Assembly: GCA_964016885.1 (NCBI GenBank)
Contig: OZ024740.1
Location: forward strand, 99,262,001 to 99,326,000
Source: Eledone cirrhosa
Taxonomy: Eukaryota
DNA length: 64,000 nt
Direction of reading: 5' to 3'
Both the position numbers and the translations under genes were made by a program. Under the pieces are notes generated by a model that saw nothing but the letters and a program-made list of their open reading frames with translations, made no database searches and had not been told where the DNA came from. Below, in pieces: positions 12,301 through 23,805 of the stretch. Position 1 is the stretch's first letter, and each line of letters opens with the position of its first letter.

Positions 12301-12730
12301 GTCAGCCGGGCATGTCCGAGATGCGCACAGGGCGACGAAACCGTCCTGCACGCACTCGTCCAGTGTCCGAGCATTGCTGACTTGTGGGTTTATGTCGAAC
12401 ACCTGCTGTCACGTGTAGGACGGATCCAGCTATCAGCTGAGTCCATCGTGAGGATTGCTCCGCCCTCTTCCTTTAGCCGGGAAGGGCAGGCAGTTTGTAT
12501 CTGTCTGGTGGCCATGGCGAAAGAGATAGTATGGTGGACACGTTTGAAAGGGCTGAAGACGAGCACTTTACCTCTTCGGTGATGCCCTGATTAACTTTTT
12601 CAAATTTCATCTGAAAAGGAAAATCAGGGTAGAGAGAGAAGTGCTCTCTTCCCAGCATTTTGTTGAAAGATGGGTGAGAGAAGCAAGTATGGCCCGAATG
12701 AATGGGCCTTCTCTGAGTATGTGTCTGTAA
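9311..12730 (+). pseudogene. Tx1 copy A ORF2 (APE endonuclease, RT, C-terminal zinc finger), disrupted
   Basis: SINARGL, ISET, VGDWN, YLDRV, GPGYWKLN, KSPGLDG, FRPITLLN, RQGCP, YADD, CPRC..H....C; stops at 9873 and 12226 plus several frameshifts. Confidence 0.92.
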
Positions 12731-12992
12731 ATTAAAGGTGGAAAACTGGGAGAGGGCACTTGCCCTGGTGGTCAGGGCCACTGTGGTCTTTTACTGGGCT
12801 TTCTCCACAAATGTCCCTCCGAAGTCTCCCCCCTATTGGGGAAATTTTTCATTGTTATTTTCATTGTTATTTTTGTTACATCCTCTGTTTTTGTTTTTTA
12901 CACGCAGAAATGCCCATTTGTACCGTCCTGCATTGTCCTGCACTGTCCTTAATGTCTACTTTATGTAAACCCTTGTGGTTAATAAAGAAATC

Positions 12993-13038
12993 ATTATTGT
13001 TATTATTATTATTTTTATTATTATTATTGTTGTTATTA
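12993..13038. repeat. (TTA)n shared tail-to-tail by Tx1 copy A and R4 family B
   Basis: Direct reading. Confidence 0.9.
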
Positions 13039-16000
13039 CTCTTTGAGTCTCAGTCATTAATGTTAGTTAACTGGAAAGTTTGTTGAAATGAATATCAAGC
13101 CACTACCTACAGCCTCAGATATTCAGGACGTATCGCAGGGTTCTTGCTGTTCCCAGCAAGCATGCCTTTTGGAGCGTTCCAAAAAGCGTGAAGGGGCCAA
13201 TTTTCTTTAACCATCCCTGGAAACTTTTTGAGATAGTCCCTAGTGCGCCTATGACAATCGAGATCACTTTGACTTCATGGCAGTTCCAAATCCTTTTTAC
13301 CTCCCACTTTAAGTCCTGGTATCGGTTAATTTTCTCCCTCTCCTTCTCTTGCACTCTCGTGTCGAATGGGCAGGCCACATCCACAATCAGGCAGGATCTT
13401 TTTTCTTTGTCCACAACCACCAGGTCATGTCTATTGTGTTCCAGTTTCTTGTCCGTCTGTATCCTAAAATCCCACAGCACCTTCACCTGATCGTTTGCTA
13501 TCACTGCCTCTGGCTTATGCTCATACCACTTCTCAGGATGTGGTAAATTGTTTACTTGGCATAGGTGCCAGTGGATCACCCTGCCCATCACATCATGTCT
13601 CCAGCCCTCATAGTGAGTCTGGGCTAGGTGTTTACACTCGGATACAATGTGAGCTACAGTCTCCTCTCTCTCCCCACAGATCCTGCACAGTGGGCTAGCC
13701 TCCTCCTTGTAAATATGGTGTTTCAACCACTTCGTTTTGAGAGCCTGCGCAGCCATTAACATTCCTTCTGTAGCCTTTTTAAGGTCTCCTCTTTTCAACC
13801 AGTTCCATGTCTGTGGATCTCTAAATTCAGTTTTCTCAAAGAAGGTACTATGAAGGGATTTTTCCTGAAGGCTGCTCTTTCTCCTTGATGTTATTTCCTC
13901 CTTGGACATCCCTTGGCCTATTGTCACCTCCTTCAGTACAGTTCTGAGCATTGGATCCTTACTATCACTCCTCTTGTGGAACATGTTGTAGATAGTCAAT
14001 AGCTTCCTAGTCTTCCTATCCATTTCTTTCTGTTCAGCAACATTCCATCTCAGAATTCCCGCACTGTACCTAATAATAGACACAGCTCGGGAATTTACTG
14101 CACTTATGGCATTCCTACTGTTCAGATGTGACTTTAATACGCCCCTTACTCTCCGAATGTATTCAGTTTTTATCAATTCCTTCATTTTTTTTTGTTCTTG
14201 ATGTCATCAGCCTCCAGAACGCCCAAATACTTGTATCCTTCCTCAGAGTCAATTTCCTTTATCATCTCACCTGTTGGTATCTGCATTCCGTTACTTCTGC
14301 TCAACTTACCCCTCCTCATCACAATGACTCCACACTTACTAATACCAAATTGCATACATATATCATTGCTGAAAATACGGACAGTGTCAGCAAGCACATC
14401 CAACTCCTTCTCACTTTTCCATAAGAGCTTAAGATCGTCCATGAAGAGGAGGTGATTGATGGTAAGCCCTCCCTTCCCAACCTGTATCCTGCTCTCACTT
14501 TTCGCAGTATAATGGTCAGGGGCATCAGGGCAAGGACAAACAACAGAGGGGACAGACTATCTCCCTGGAAGATACCTCTCTTGATCTTCACGCTTCCCAA
14601 GGATTCTCCAGTTGATGTTAACTCTGTTTCCCAAGACTTCATACTTTGGCCCAACAACTGTCTGATGTTATCTGCCACCTTGAAGATCTCCAGTCTTTTG
14701 GTGATCCAAGCCAAGAATGAGGCACCATGTCAAATGCCTTTTTGTAGTCTATCCATCCCATGGCAAGACCAGTGTGTCTCCTCTTGCAATTCGTCATTAC
14801 CATCTTATCAATAAGTAACTGGTCCTTTGTACCACGTGACTTCTTTCGACATACTTTCTGTTCGTCCGGTAACAAGTTGTTTGTGTGGAGGTGATGGTAG
14901 ATTTCCTCAGACATAATGCTTGTCAACACTTTCCACATTACGGATAGACATGTGATAGGTCTATAGTTGGTAACATCATTACCCTTGATTCGGTCTTTCA
15001 TTATCAGAACTGTGGTACCTTTTGTCAACCACTCTGGTACCTCACCTAACATCAAGCAGTCATTGAACATGGTTGTCAGTTTCGGGTGGAGGGATGTTAT
15101 GTTTTTAATCCTATACCCCTGCACACTATCTGGGCCAGGTGATTTCCAGTTGGTTAGTTTTTTGGCCTGCCCCTTAAGAGTTTCAACTGTGATACTCAAA
15201 TCAGTTTGTTGGCGTGCCTGTTCACTGATCTCCTACTGTACTGTCTCAATCCACACTGCCTGGTCATTATGTTTAACATCCTGCTCCCATATTCCTCTCC
15301 AGAATGTTTTAGTTTGTTCCGCCTCAGGGATCAAGTCGTTGCCTCTTTCTTTCCCTTCAAGCTGTCCAAACAGCATCTTTTGGTTGTTGTCGAACATGCG
15401 GTTCTGTCTATACTGGCTGACTATGTTCTCGTATCGCCTGATTTTTGCACTCTTTGCTACAATGCGTTGCTTCAGATCCTCTATGATAATATTTAGCTTT
15501 TTCCTCCTAGTTTTGTACTTTATTTCCAGTCTATTTTTAGTGTCTATGTTTTTTAGTGTCCCATTCAATAGGGACTCAAGCTTTCCAATGTCATTTCTCA
15601 TTTCCCTGATTTGACCACTCAGTGGTTTCTTCCACTAAGGCTCTGCTCTTTCTTGTCTGTTGTTTCCTCTCGCTTTTATACCAAGTAGTTTCCTCACCGT
15701 ATTTGCTGTTGCTTTGAGGATATTGTTGCACTGGTGAAGGCTCCTCGCCTCAAGGTATGGGATGACTTTGTTTACCTGAGCTGTTGTTTCTTTTAACTTT
15801 TTCCTGTCTACAAATCTTAGGTTCATAGGTCTCCCACTATCATTGTTCAATTCATCTACCACTAAGTTTAGGATATCTACCAAATCTTGTCCTAGCCCGT
15901 CAGTATTCATCTCCTCAGTGGCCGTATCTCTGTTCCAGGTATTATTTATCTCAGCATTCAGATCATTGTCTGTTTCGGGTGGTTCCTCCGTTCTCTCGAC

Positions 16001-16722
16001 CTCTTCACCTTCATTTCCCACTGGCTTGTTTGCCTGGCATACTCCACCCTCCATCTCCAAGCTAATCTCTCTGCCCAGTTCCTCCAGTCCAGCTCGCTTA
16101 TCCACCCATTAGTTCTTATTACCCGAGCCTGCCCGACCGGTTTTTGTTCACCTAATTTAAATGGACCAATCTCGTTCCAGATGTTCTGCATCCTTTTCCT
16201 ATAGCCTTTCTCCTTGGGGTTACTCTTCAGGTAACATTGCATAACAGTTCTATTCAATTCTTTCGTCCAGTTGGTTCTGGTCCCTTTCCTTCTTCTTCTT
16301 CCTCCGACACCAGCAGTATTTGGTTGACAGCCAGGTCCCTGCTGCTGAGCCAGGGAGCACCTGTTGGGTGAGAGTCTGTCACATGACATTCTAGTCTCCA
16401 TTTCTCCGTTGTTCGAACTGTTTAGGTTCGACATTTAAACACTCTTATCGGGGATTGGCGAATCTATGGTTACATAACCACCGGTGAATTACTTGTCTCC
16501 GGTGGTTTCGTCACTCCACATGACTTTTGTGTGGCATTATCACGCTGTAGACGAACCCAAACAAACAGACAAACAGGCAGAAAAAACCCCAAAAATGAAT
16601 AAGCATAAGTTTCATTGTAATGTAGTGTTTGAATGTCTGACTTAGTTTTTCCCTTCCCTTCTCTGTCCGTCCGCTTGTTTTTCTCTTCATTTTTATTTCC
16701 TTTACGTTTTTCCTTTACTTCT
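13039..16722 (-). mobile_element. R4/Dong-type RLE non-LTR retrotransposon, family B, near full length
   Basis: Single disrupted ORF with RT and RLE; (TTA)n on both sides; 5' boundary approximate. Confidence 0.88.
13115..16434 (-). pseudogene. R4 family B polyprotein (N-terminal W-x-x-E-x-N domain, RT, CCHC, RLE), frameshifted
   Basis: NWTKELNRTVMQCY, KSPGPD, YRPITCL, WIDYKKAFD, GIFQGDSLSPLLF, FMDDLK, CRICGEREETVAHIVSEC, RHDLVVVDK..IVDVACP. Confidence 0.9.
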
Positions 16723-16727
16723 TTATT

Positions 16728-16770
<43 letters not shown>

Positions 16771-16776
16771 TTATTA
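16723..16776. repeat. (TTA)n between R4 family B 5' end and R4 family A 3' end
   Basis: Direct reading. Confidence 0.92.
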
Positions 16777-19700
16777 CAGCTGAATTTATCTTGCTTTATG
16801 TTCATACGAGTTATCACCATGTCACAACCAGTGACCTCAAGGGACAACAAGGTTCGCCATGTTCAAGAAAGAACATACACACTCACACATGCATCTTTAG
16901 GTGTTTTGACTTGTGATGTACTTATATTGACAGAATCTTCCTTAGTATATGGGCAGTTCCCATTAGTACTATCTTTTGTATTTCTCCTATAGGCGGGTTT
17001 CCTGGGATTTGCGATAAGTAATCATTAGACCCCTTAGGTATCATTCCTAGAGCGCCTACAACCACTGGTATTGTTTTAGTTCTCAATTTCCACATTTTTC
17101 CAATTTCTATCTCCAGGTCCTTATACTTGCTCAATTTTTCAAATGTTTTTATAGATACATTCTTGTCTATTAGAACGGACATATCAATTAGCAGGCATAC
17201 CCTCTTTTTAAAGTCCTTCAGTATTATATCAGGTCTATTTGCATCTATTTTTCGGTCTGTTTGGATGCTAAAGTTCCACAAGATTGAGATGTGATCTTTT
17301 TGAAGTATGGGAGGTGGTTGAAGCTCCCACCAATTCTTTTGATGGGGCAGGTCAAAATGCTTACACATTATCCAATGTATGTATTGTGCAGCTCTGTCAT
17401 GCCTGTTTAGGTATTCGGTTGGAGCTATAGGACTGCACATTGAAATTATATGGTTAATGGTCTCTGGTTGTTTTTTACATACACGGCATAATGGGCTGCA
17501 TCATTTTTTATTATGTTGGCTTGGTAATTTTTTGTTGGCAGACACTGATCTTGTGCTGATATAATCAGTCCTTCAGTCTCCGATTTCAGTCCAGAGGATG
17601 CCAACCACTGATGGGTTAAAGTTTTGTCAACATCAGGAATGTTAGCTCGTTCTGGGTATTTTCCATACAGAGGCTTTTCTTGCCATTTCTTAGCCAGTTT
17701 CTGTAGCAGTTCTTTCTTTGCAGTTATCTTTACCTGCTTTGCTTTTTCTGTGTTTTCCATTTCAGCAGTAAATGGGACTGCTGAAATGTGTAGTCCATTA
17801 TTGTATCTTTGTGCATCTTTTGTAATAGAGTATGATCTTTTGATGCTTTCGTGTTTCAAATCATGTGATCATCCAATCATGTGATTCACTTAGATATGTA
17901 GATAATCCAATTGTTGCAGTTTTCAACGCAATGTCTAACTGGATTAACCCACGTCCTCCTTCTTTCCTAGGGAGATATATTATATCTGTATCTGCCTTAG
18001 GGTGATGCATTCTGTGCATGGTTAAGAATTTTCGAATTTTTGTATCGAGCCTACGGATCTCTGTGGTTGACCAGTTGATGACTTTGTAACTGTAGGTTAC
18101 TACTGGTATGGCAAGCGTGTTTATGGCATCGATCCTATCCTTGCATTCAATTCCGTTCTTAAGATTGTTCTTACTCTGCGGTAACACTCCTTCCTTATCC
18201 TTTCCCTCATTGTCGAGTGTTTGATTCCGTCTGCTTCACAAACACCTAGATATCTGTAAGTTTCCTCTAGATCAAGTTCTTTTATCACATTCCCCCGATC
18301 AAGATTAATGTCTGAACTTTTCAGCAGCTTTCCTCTGGTGAACGTTGCTTTGGCGCATTTATCTAGTCCAAACTCCATTTTAATGTCATCATTGAACTGC
18401 TCCACAGTGGATAATAGCCCTTGCAATTGTTCATCATTTTTGGCAAATAGTTTCAGGTCATCCATGTAGAACAAGTGATCAATGGTTTTGTCATAGACTT
18501 TATATCCATGTTTTGTTTCATTGAGCATTTTACTTAATGGTATAAGTGCGATGCAGAATAAAAGCGGTGATAAAGAGTCACCCTGAAAAATTCCACAATT
18601 AATATTAACTTCTCCAGCTTCCAGTGATTTTGTTTCACTAATCAAAAGGAGTGTCGTTTTCCATGTCTTCATACTGAATGACAAAAACCTCCTGACAACG
18701 GGAGATATTTTGAAAATCTCTAAACATTTTTCAATCCAACTGTGTGGCAAACTATCGAATGCTTTTTTATAATCTATCCAAGCAATTGATAGATTTTTGT
18801 GTCTATTATGACAATCTTCCAGTATCATTTTGTTAACCAAAAGCTGATCCTTACAGCCATATGAGCCTCGTTTACACCCTTTCTGCTCAATGGCAAATAG
18901 GTCATTTGTTATCAGGTGGTCATATGTATATTCAGTTAGGACTGATGTTAAAATTTTATACATTGTGGTCAAGCAAGTTATCGGTCTGTAATTTTTGGAA
19001 TTGTTTGTCTCAGCATTCTTCGGAAGCAGGAATGTAATGCCGTTAACTAGCCATGATGGTATCTTTTCTGGCTCCTTAACTATTTCATTGTAAAGTTGGG
19101 CTAACAGCTCATGAGACTCTGTGAAGGCATTCATCCAAACATTTAGTATTTTGTCTTTTTCTGGGGATTTCCATTTGCTGGTTTTTCTAAGAGCCAAACG
19201 CAACTGTTCAACTGTTATATTTTCCCATGTTTGTTCCACAAGGTGAGCTGTATCTTTCATTTGTCTATCCATGGGACATGTATATTATGAACTTTTTCTT
19301 CGGCCCAGATCTTTTCCCAGAATTCTTGCACTTCCTCCTTGGGTGGTATTGATTTAGCTGTTATTGTTGACTTACCAATTTTTCTGTAGAAGTTTCTTTG
19401 GTTGTTTTTGAACATATTATTGTCCTTATAGAATCTAGATCGTTTTTCAAAGCGCCTTATATGAGCAGCTTTGGCCAACACTTTTTGCTTGATTATTTCT
19501 ATCAGCATGTCTATGTCACTTGTTGATTTTATACTGTACTTTCTTTTCAATTTTCTAAGTTTAGTTTGTTTAACAGGTTCACCTACTTTGTAGTTTGTTA
19601 AAATTTCTATATTCAGATCGGAGAAGGTTTATTTGGCGATTGATGTTCTCTTGCCAAGTAGATTTCTTGTGGGAATCCCTTTGTTTTTTCATTTTCACTC

Positions 19701-21474
19701 CACATAAGTGAGTGGTGACTTTAGCCGATGCATAATAGAGATGATTTAAATCAGTAATGTTTAGTTTGTTTGTGATGATATTGTTTTTGAGAATTATGTT
19801 GGCGTTGTGTATTATCTTTTGGTTCTGTTTGGAGTTCTGGATCTTAGGGAGAGTGTCTCGTTCCCCCATGTCAGATTCTTTCATTTTCATCCATTCGATC
19901 ATAATTTCATCCTTCAAGGTGGCAAGTTCATTCTCATTCATTTTTTTATCATTTACGATCTCATTGTTTTCATTTTGAGTTTCATCTTGAGCATGCACTC
20001 CCTCCACTTTTTCGATCCTTTCTTTAATTTGTTCTGTTGTCAGTGATTCCGCCCCAACCCTGGGATTCGTAGTGTTACAATTTACCTCGTTTTCACTGAC
20101 ACATGTTTCATTTTCTTTTCGCTGACTTTGTGCTAATAGCTTGATCTGATCAATTTCTATATCAGTTAGTAACTTTTTTTTACAATATTTCTTCGTATAT
20201 TGGCTAGTTTGTTACTGTCAATATAACCTCTGTTTTCGGGATGTTTCTTTTTCCAATTGATATATGTCTGTTCTGTATTCGATGTATTTGATGGGTAGTA
20301 CATGGCACTGTAGAAAGCATCAAGGACTTCTTTATTATCTTCCCTTGACCATTTTTCTCTCTTTTTCTTTGGATTTCTTGGTGGTGAGCATGGAGGGCCA
20401 ACAGTAAGAGTATTCCGGTTATGAGAGGTCTCCAGCTCCGAAGTGATGGGAAGGTTTGAACCATTAGCTGATTTTTCGACCCCATTCTGGTTCCTCTCTG
20501 AGGGACGCGGCCCTTTTTGACCCGGGTGACGGCCGATCCGGTATGAGATTTTATCATTTGACATTTACTTTATTTTGTCGCGTTTTATCCTTATCCGCCA
20601 AGGGGTAATCATTTCGTGTTACCATTACTAGGACGAGTGTCAACCAAGACTAGAGGGGTCGTCCTGCCCTAGAGACACGGCTATTCCCCGCGGGCCGCCA
20701 TCCCGGTATTTCTTGGTCACGGGGTTTTCTTTTTTGTTGTTTTTTTAAATTGTTATTATCATGAGTGGTTCTTTAATGTGAGCATTGCGTGGGTTAAGAA
20801 TGAAATTATTAATAATATAATATACTTTTTGCTGAAGTTGCCTGTTATTGTTGTTGGCTATGTCGGTGGTGGTGCTGGGGCTTTTTCTATTGTTGGTAGG
20901 GAAGGGGGGGAGCCAGCAGTGCCATAGTCGTTGACGTTTGGCCGGTGGCCGGGTCACTATGTCAATCTATTTATATTTTTTGCTAGCCTCTCCCTTGTCT
21001 AGTGATACCGCCACCTTCCCCTTTCTTAAGTTAACAGAAGGTAATGGGGAAATAGTGGTGGTAGCAATGAAGGAGTGGTGGCGGCGATGATGGGATAGTG
21101 GTAGCAATGATTGATGGAGTGGTGGCGGCCGTGACTATAGCGATGGCGTTGTCGTTACTGAGTTTTGTTGAATAGACTGTAGTTAGTTTGATCTGAGTAT
21201 CTATGCGGTTTGTCGCGTATGTTTAATATATGTGTTGACATATTTTCTTAATATTGGAATGAAACATTTTGTGAAAACTTGAGACAATAATAATAGTAAT
21301 TATTATTATTATGCTGGGATTGGTGGTGGTGGTGTTGAAATTGCCGTTATCTGGCTGTTGTATTTAGTGTAAACAGAGGGGTGATGGGGTAGGTGGTGTA
21401 TCTAGTTTGTGGTGTTGGTGAAATTGCTGTTATTTGGGTGTTCTATATAGTGTAGACAGAGGGGTTTTTTCTTC
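16777..21474 (-). mobile_element. R4/Dong-type RLE non-LTR retrotransposon, family A, apparently full length (5' end at ~20730 or ~21474)
   Basis: Disrupted single ORF; bounded by (TTA)n at 16776 and 21475; assignment of 20730-21474 to the 5' UTR is uncertain. Confidence 0.8.
16922..20564 (-). pseudogene. R4 family A polyprotein (RT, zinc finger, RLE), frameshifted
   Basis: KWSREDNKEV, YRPITCL, WIDYKKAFDS, GIFQGDSLSPLLF, FYMDDLKLF, EGGRGL, RPDIILKD..IDMSV. Confidence 0.92.
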
Positions 21475-21496
21475 TATTATTATTATTATTATTATT
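21475..21496. repeat. (TTA)n at the head-to-head R4/Tx1 junction
   Basis: Direct reading. Confidence 0.88.
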
Positions 21497-21714
21497 GAAT
21501 GCTATGGTTGACGGAGGCTCGGCTCTGTAAGGTATTGTAAATTTTGAACGCTATAACAATTGTAAATTGTTTAAAACTTTTACCAACTTATAGACAAAAA
21601 CACCCTCCTCCTCGTGAGAGGGGTCTTTCTGCCCGTTATTTGGCCCTTCGGGGTTAAAAAACTGCTTATTGGGGTTTTGTGCCCAATATTTATTTTAAAC
21701 AAAAAAAAAAAAAC

Positions 21715-23770
21715 ATGGGTACGAAAAAGAATTTTCATAGGTCACTCCCACTCATTCCGTCTTCTTCATCCTCAATCGTCACTAGAGCAGAGAGAAGATT
21801 GTCTCTCTCCCTCCCTTCTCTTTCGCAAGCGACGACAGAAAAGAAAAGTCTCGTGCAAAGCGTGCAAGATTTCTCCACGACGACGACGACAACGACGAAA
21901 CAGGTGTGCGGGAAATACGAAAACCCATTTCATTCGTCTGACGTCAGGAATAATAGCAGTAGCAGCCGTAATAACAACAGCAACAGTGACAATGAAAACA
22001 ACAGTAGTAGCCGCAACGGCATCAGCAGCAGCATAAACAACAACAGCATTAGCAGCAGCAACAACAACAACAACCATAGCAACAGCGGCGGCGGCAGTAG
22101 TCGTAGTAACTGCAGCAACAACAAAAGTAACAGCAGCTCTGACGACAACAACAACAACAGCAGCAAAGAAAAACCAATCTCGTTTGCAGGTATCACGAAG
22201 AACCTGGAAACAATCCTCATAACAAATGAGGAATTAGAGGAAGCGAAGAAGATGGTGTCAAAAACTGGACACCGAGCAATCTGCAAGGCAGCGGAAAAAT
22301 GTTTCGAAACCGTACCGTACAGTAAGTACAAAATCCCGTAGGGTGGAAAGAGCCACAGAGGCTCAAATACAAAAAGCCTTGGGGTCTGTGTGGCAGCGGA
22401 AAACACACATCACCCGAGGCAAGAAATATGCCACCGTAGACGTACTTTTTGCCACACCCCAGGAGGCAAAGGTTCAATCCGTAGTGACCCTAAGGAGCGA
22501 GGAAATGGTGTTGGTGCCCTCCTACTGCGGGCAAAAAATTGTGAGGGTCAAACTGACCCCCCCCCCCCCCCGGGATGGAACCTTCTTGGCTGGCCGCGTC
22601 TGTCCTCGTCGGAATCGAGGACAAAACAACTGTACTGCAAGTACAGAAAAAAGTAAGAGAAGATTGGGTCGGCACCTCCATTGAGTTGTTAATCCAAACC
22701 AACCAGGAGTGCATCGAAGCTATCCCGGATGTGATAGACTTCGATAACGGCACTCAACTGCCCATAAGTGTTGAGGGCAAACGCCCGAAATGCTTTCGCT
22801 GTGTATCGAAGACTCACCTCAGGGCCTTCTGCAACGAGAAGACCCTGAGAAAGGAGAAATCCCCCTCCTTCCGAAACCGGCTCCACAGCTACCAACAACA
22901 GAACAAGCGGCAACCAGGAACTATAGGTCCGTGGTACCCATACCCACGCCACGGAAATCAAAAACAGCAGCAGTGGAAGTATTAACAACAACAACAACAC
23001 CAATACCAAATGCAGCTGCAACAGAGACTCCAGTGCAAACATCACCAACAACAACAAGTGAAAGAGTGGAGCTGGTACCCCTCCCCGACCTCAAAGAATC
23101 AGACATGGAGTGTGAGGTGGGAGAGGGATGGCAAAAGGTCGTAAGAAGGCACAAACGCAGAAGCAGCGCATCGTCGCCTTTGAAAAGGGAGGAAAGAAAT
23201 GAAAAAAGGGTAAAGTTTGCTGCAAAGAGACTCACAGCAGCAACACCACCAACACCATCACCACCCACACTAGCACCACCATCACCACCGGCGACAACCC
23301 CACCGCCAACAACACCTTCAACACCACCACCACAAGCACCAACATCGCAAACACAACAACAAAACACACACACCCAGCAACAACGACAAGAAAATAGCAG
23401 AACCACACCCCACCCCCAGAAAAACAAATGCACGGCAATAAATACACACAACAAGAAACTAATGACTTACATAATTGAACACACAGACATTTCACAACAG
23501 GACTACATAATACCAGCACCAATCAAAACGCCAACTAACATAAGACTACTAAAAATAGCACAGAAACAATACACACACATTAAAAGGAAATTCCCCAACG
23601 CAGTTGGTGATTTCAGGGACCTAGGAGGAACCATCAATCGAAGAGTATATTCAGACATTCTCTTAGAAGAGCCGACGACCAGCCGAAGGGACGATTCAAC
23701 GGTCCCTTCACCAGACGATCAAGTGAAAAGGGATGTAAAAACCATCCCTCCTCTACCAAAAGTACGGTAA
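21715..23770 (+). pseudogene. Tx1 copy B ORF1 (Asn/Ser-rich N-terminus, RRM-like region, zinc knuckle, Pro/Thr-rich), three frameshifts
   Basis: ATG at 21715; CFRCVSKTHLRAFC; pieces 21679, 22343, 22575, 22790. Confidence 0.82.
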
Positions 23771-23805
23771 GTGGTCTTTCCCATCTTTTCCACTCTATTT
23801 TAAAC

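Larger units (their letters stand above)
7491..12992 (+). mobile_element. Tx1-clade (L1 group) non-LTR retrotransposon, copy A, 5'-truncated
   Basis: ORF1 with zinc knuckle, ORF2 APE-RT-CCHC, AATAAA at 12981, (TTA)n tail. Confidence 0.9.

Noticed and set aside
16460-16560. Hammerhead-like half core in the R4-B 5' UTR (gtca..tgac-GAAA-ccaccgg..ccggtgg-tt on minus)
   Set aside because: No CUGANGA in the right place and no stem I; structured, but not callable as a ribozyme
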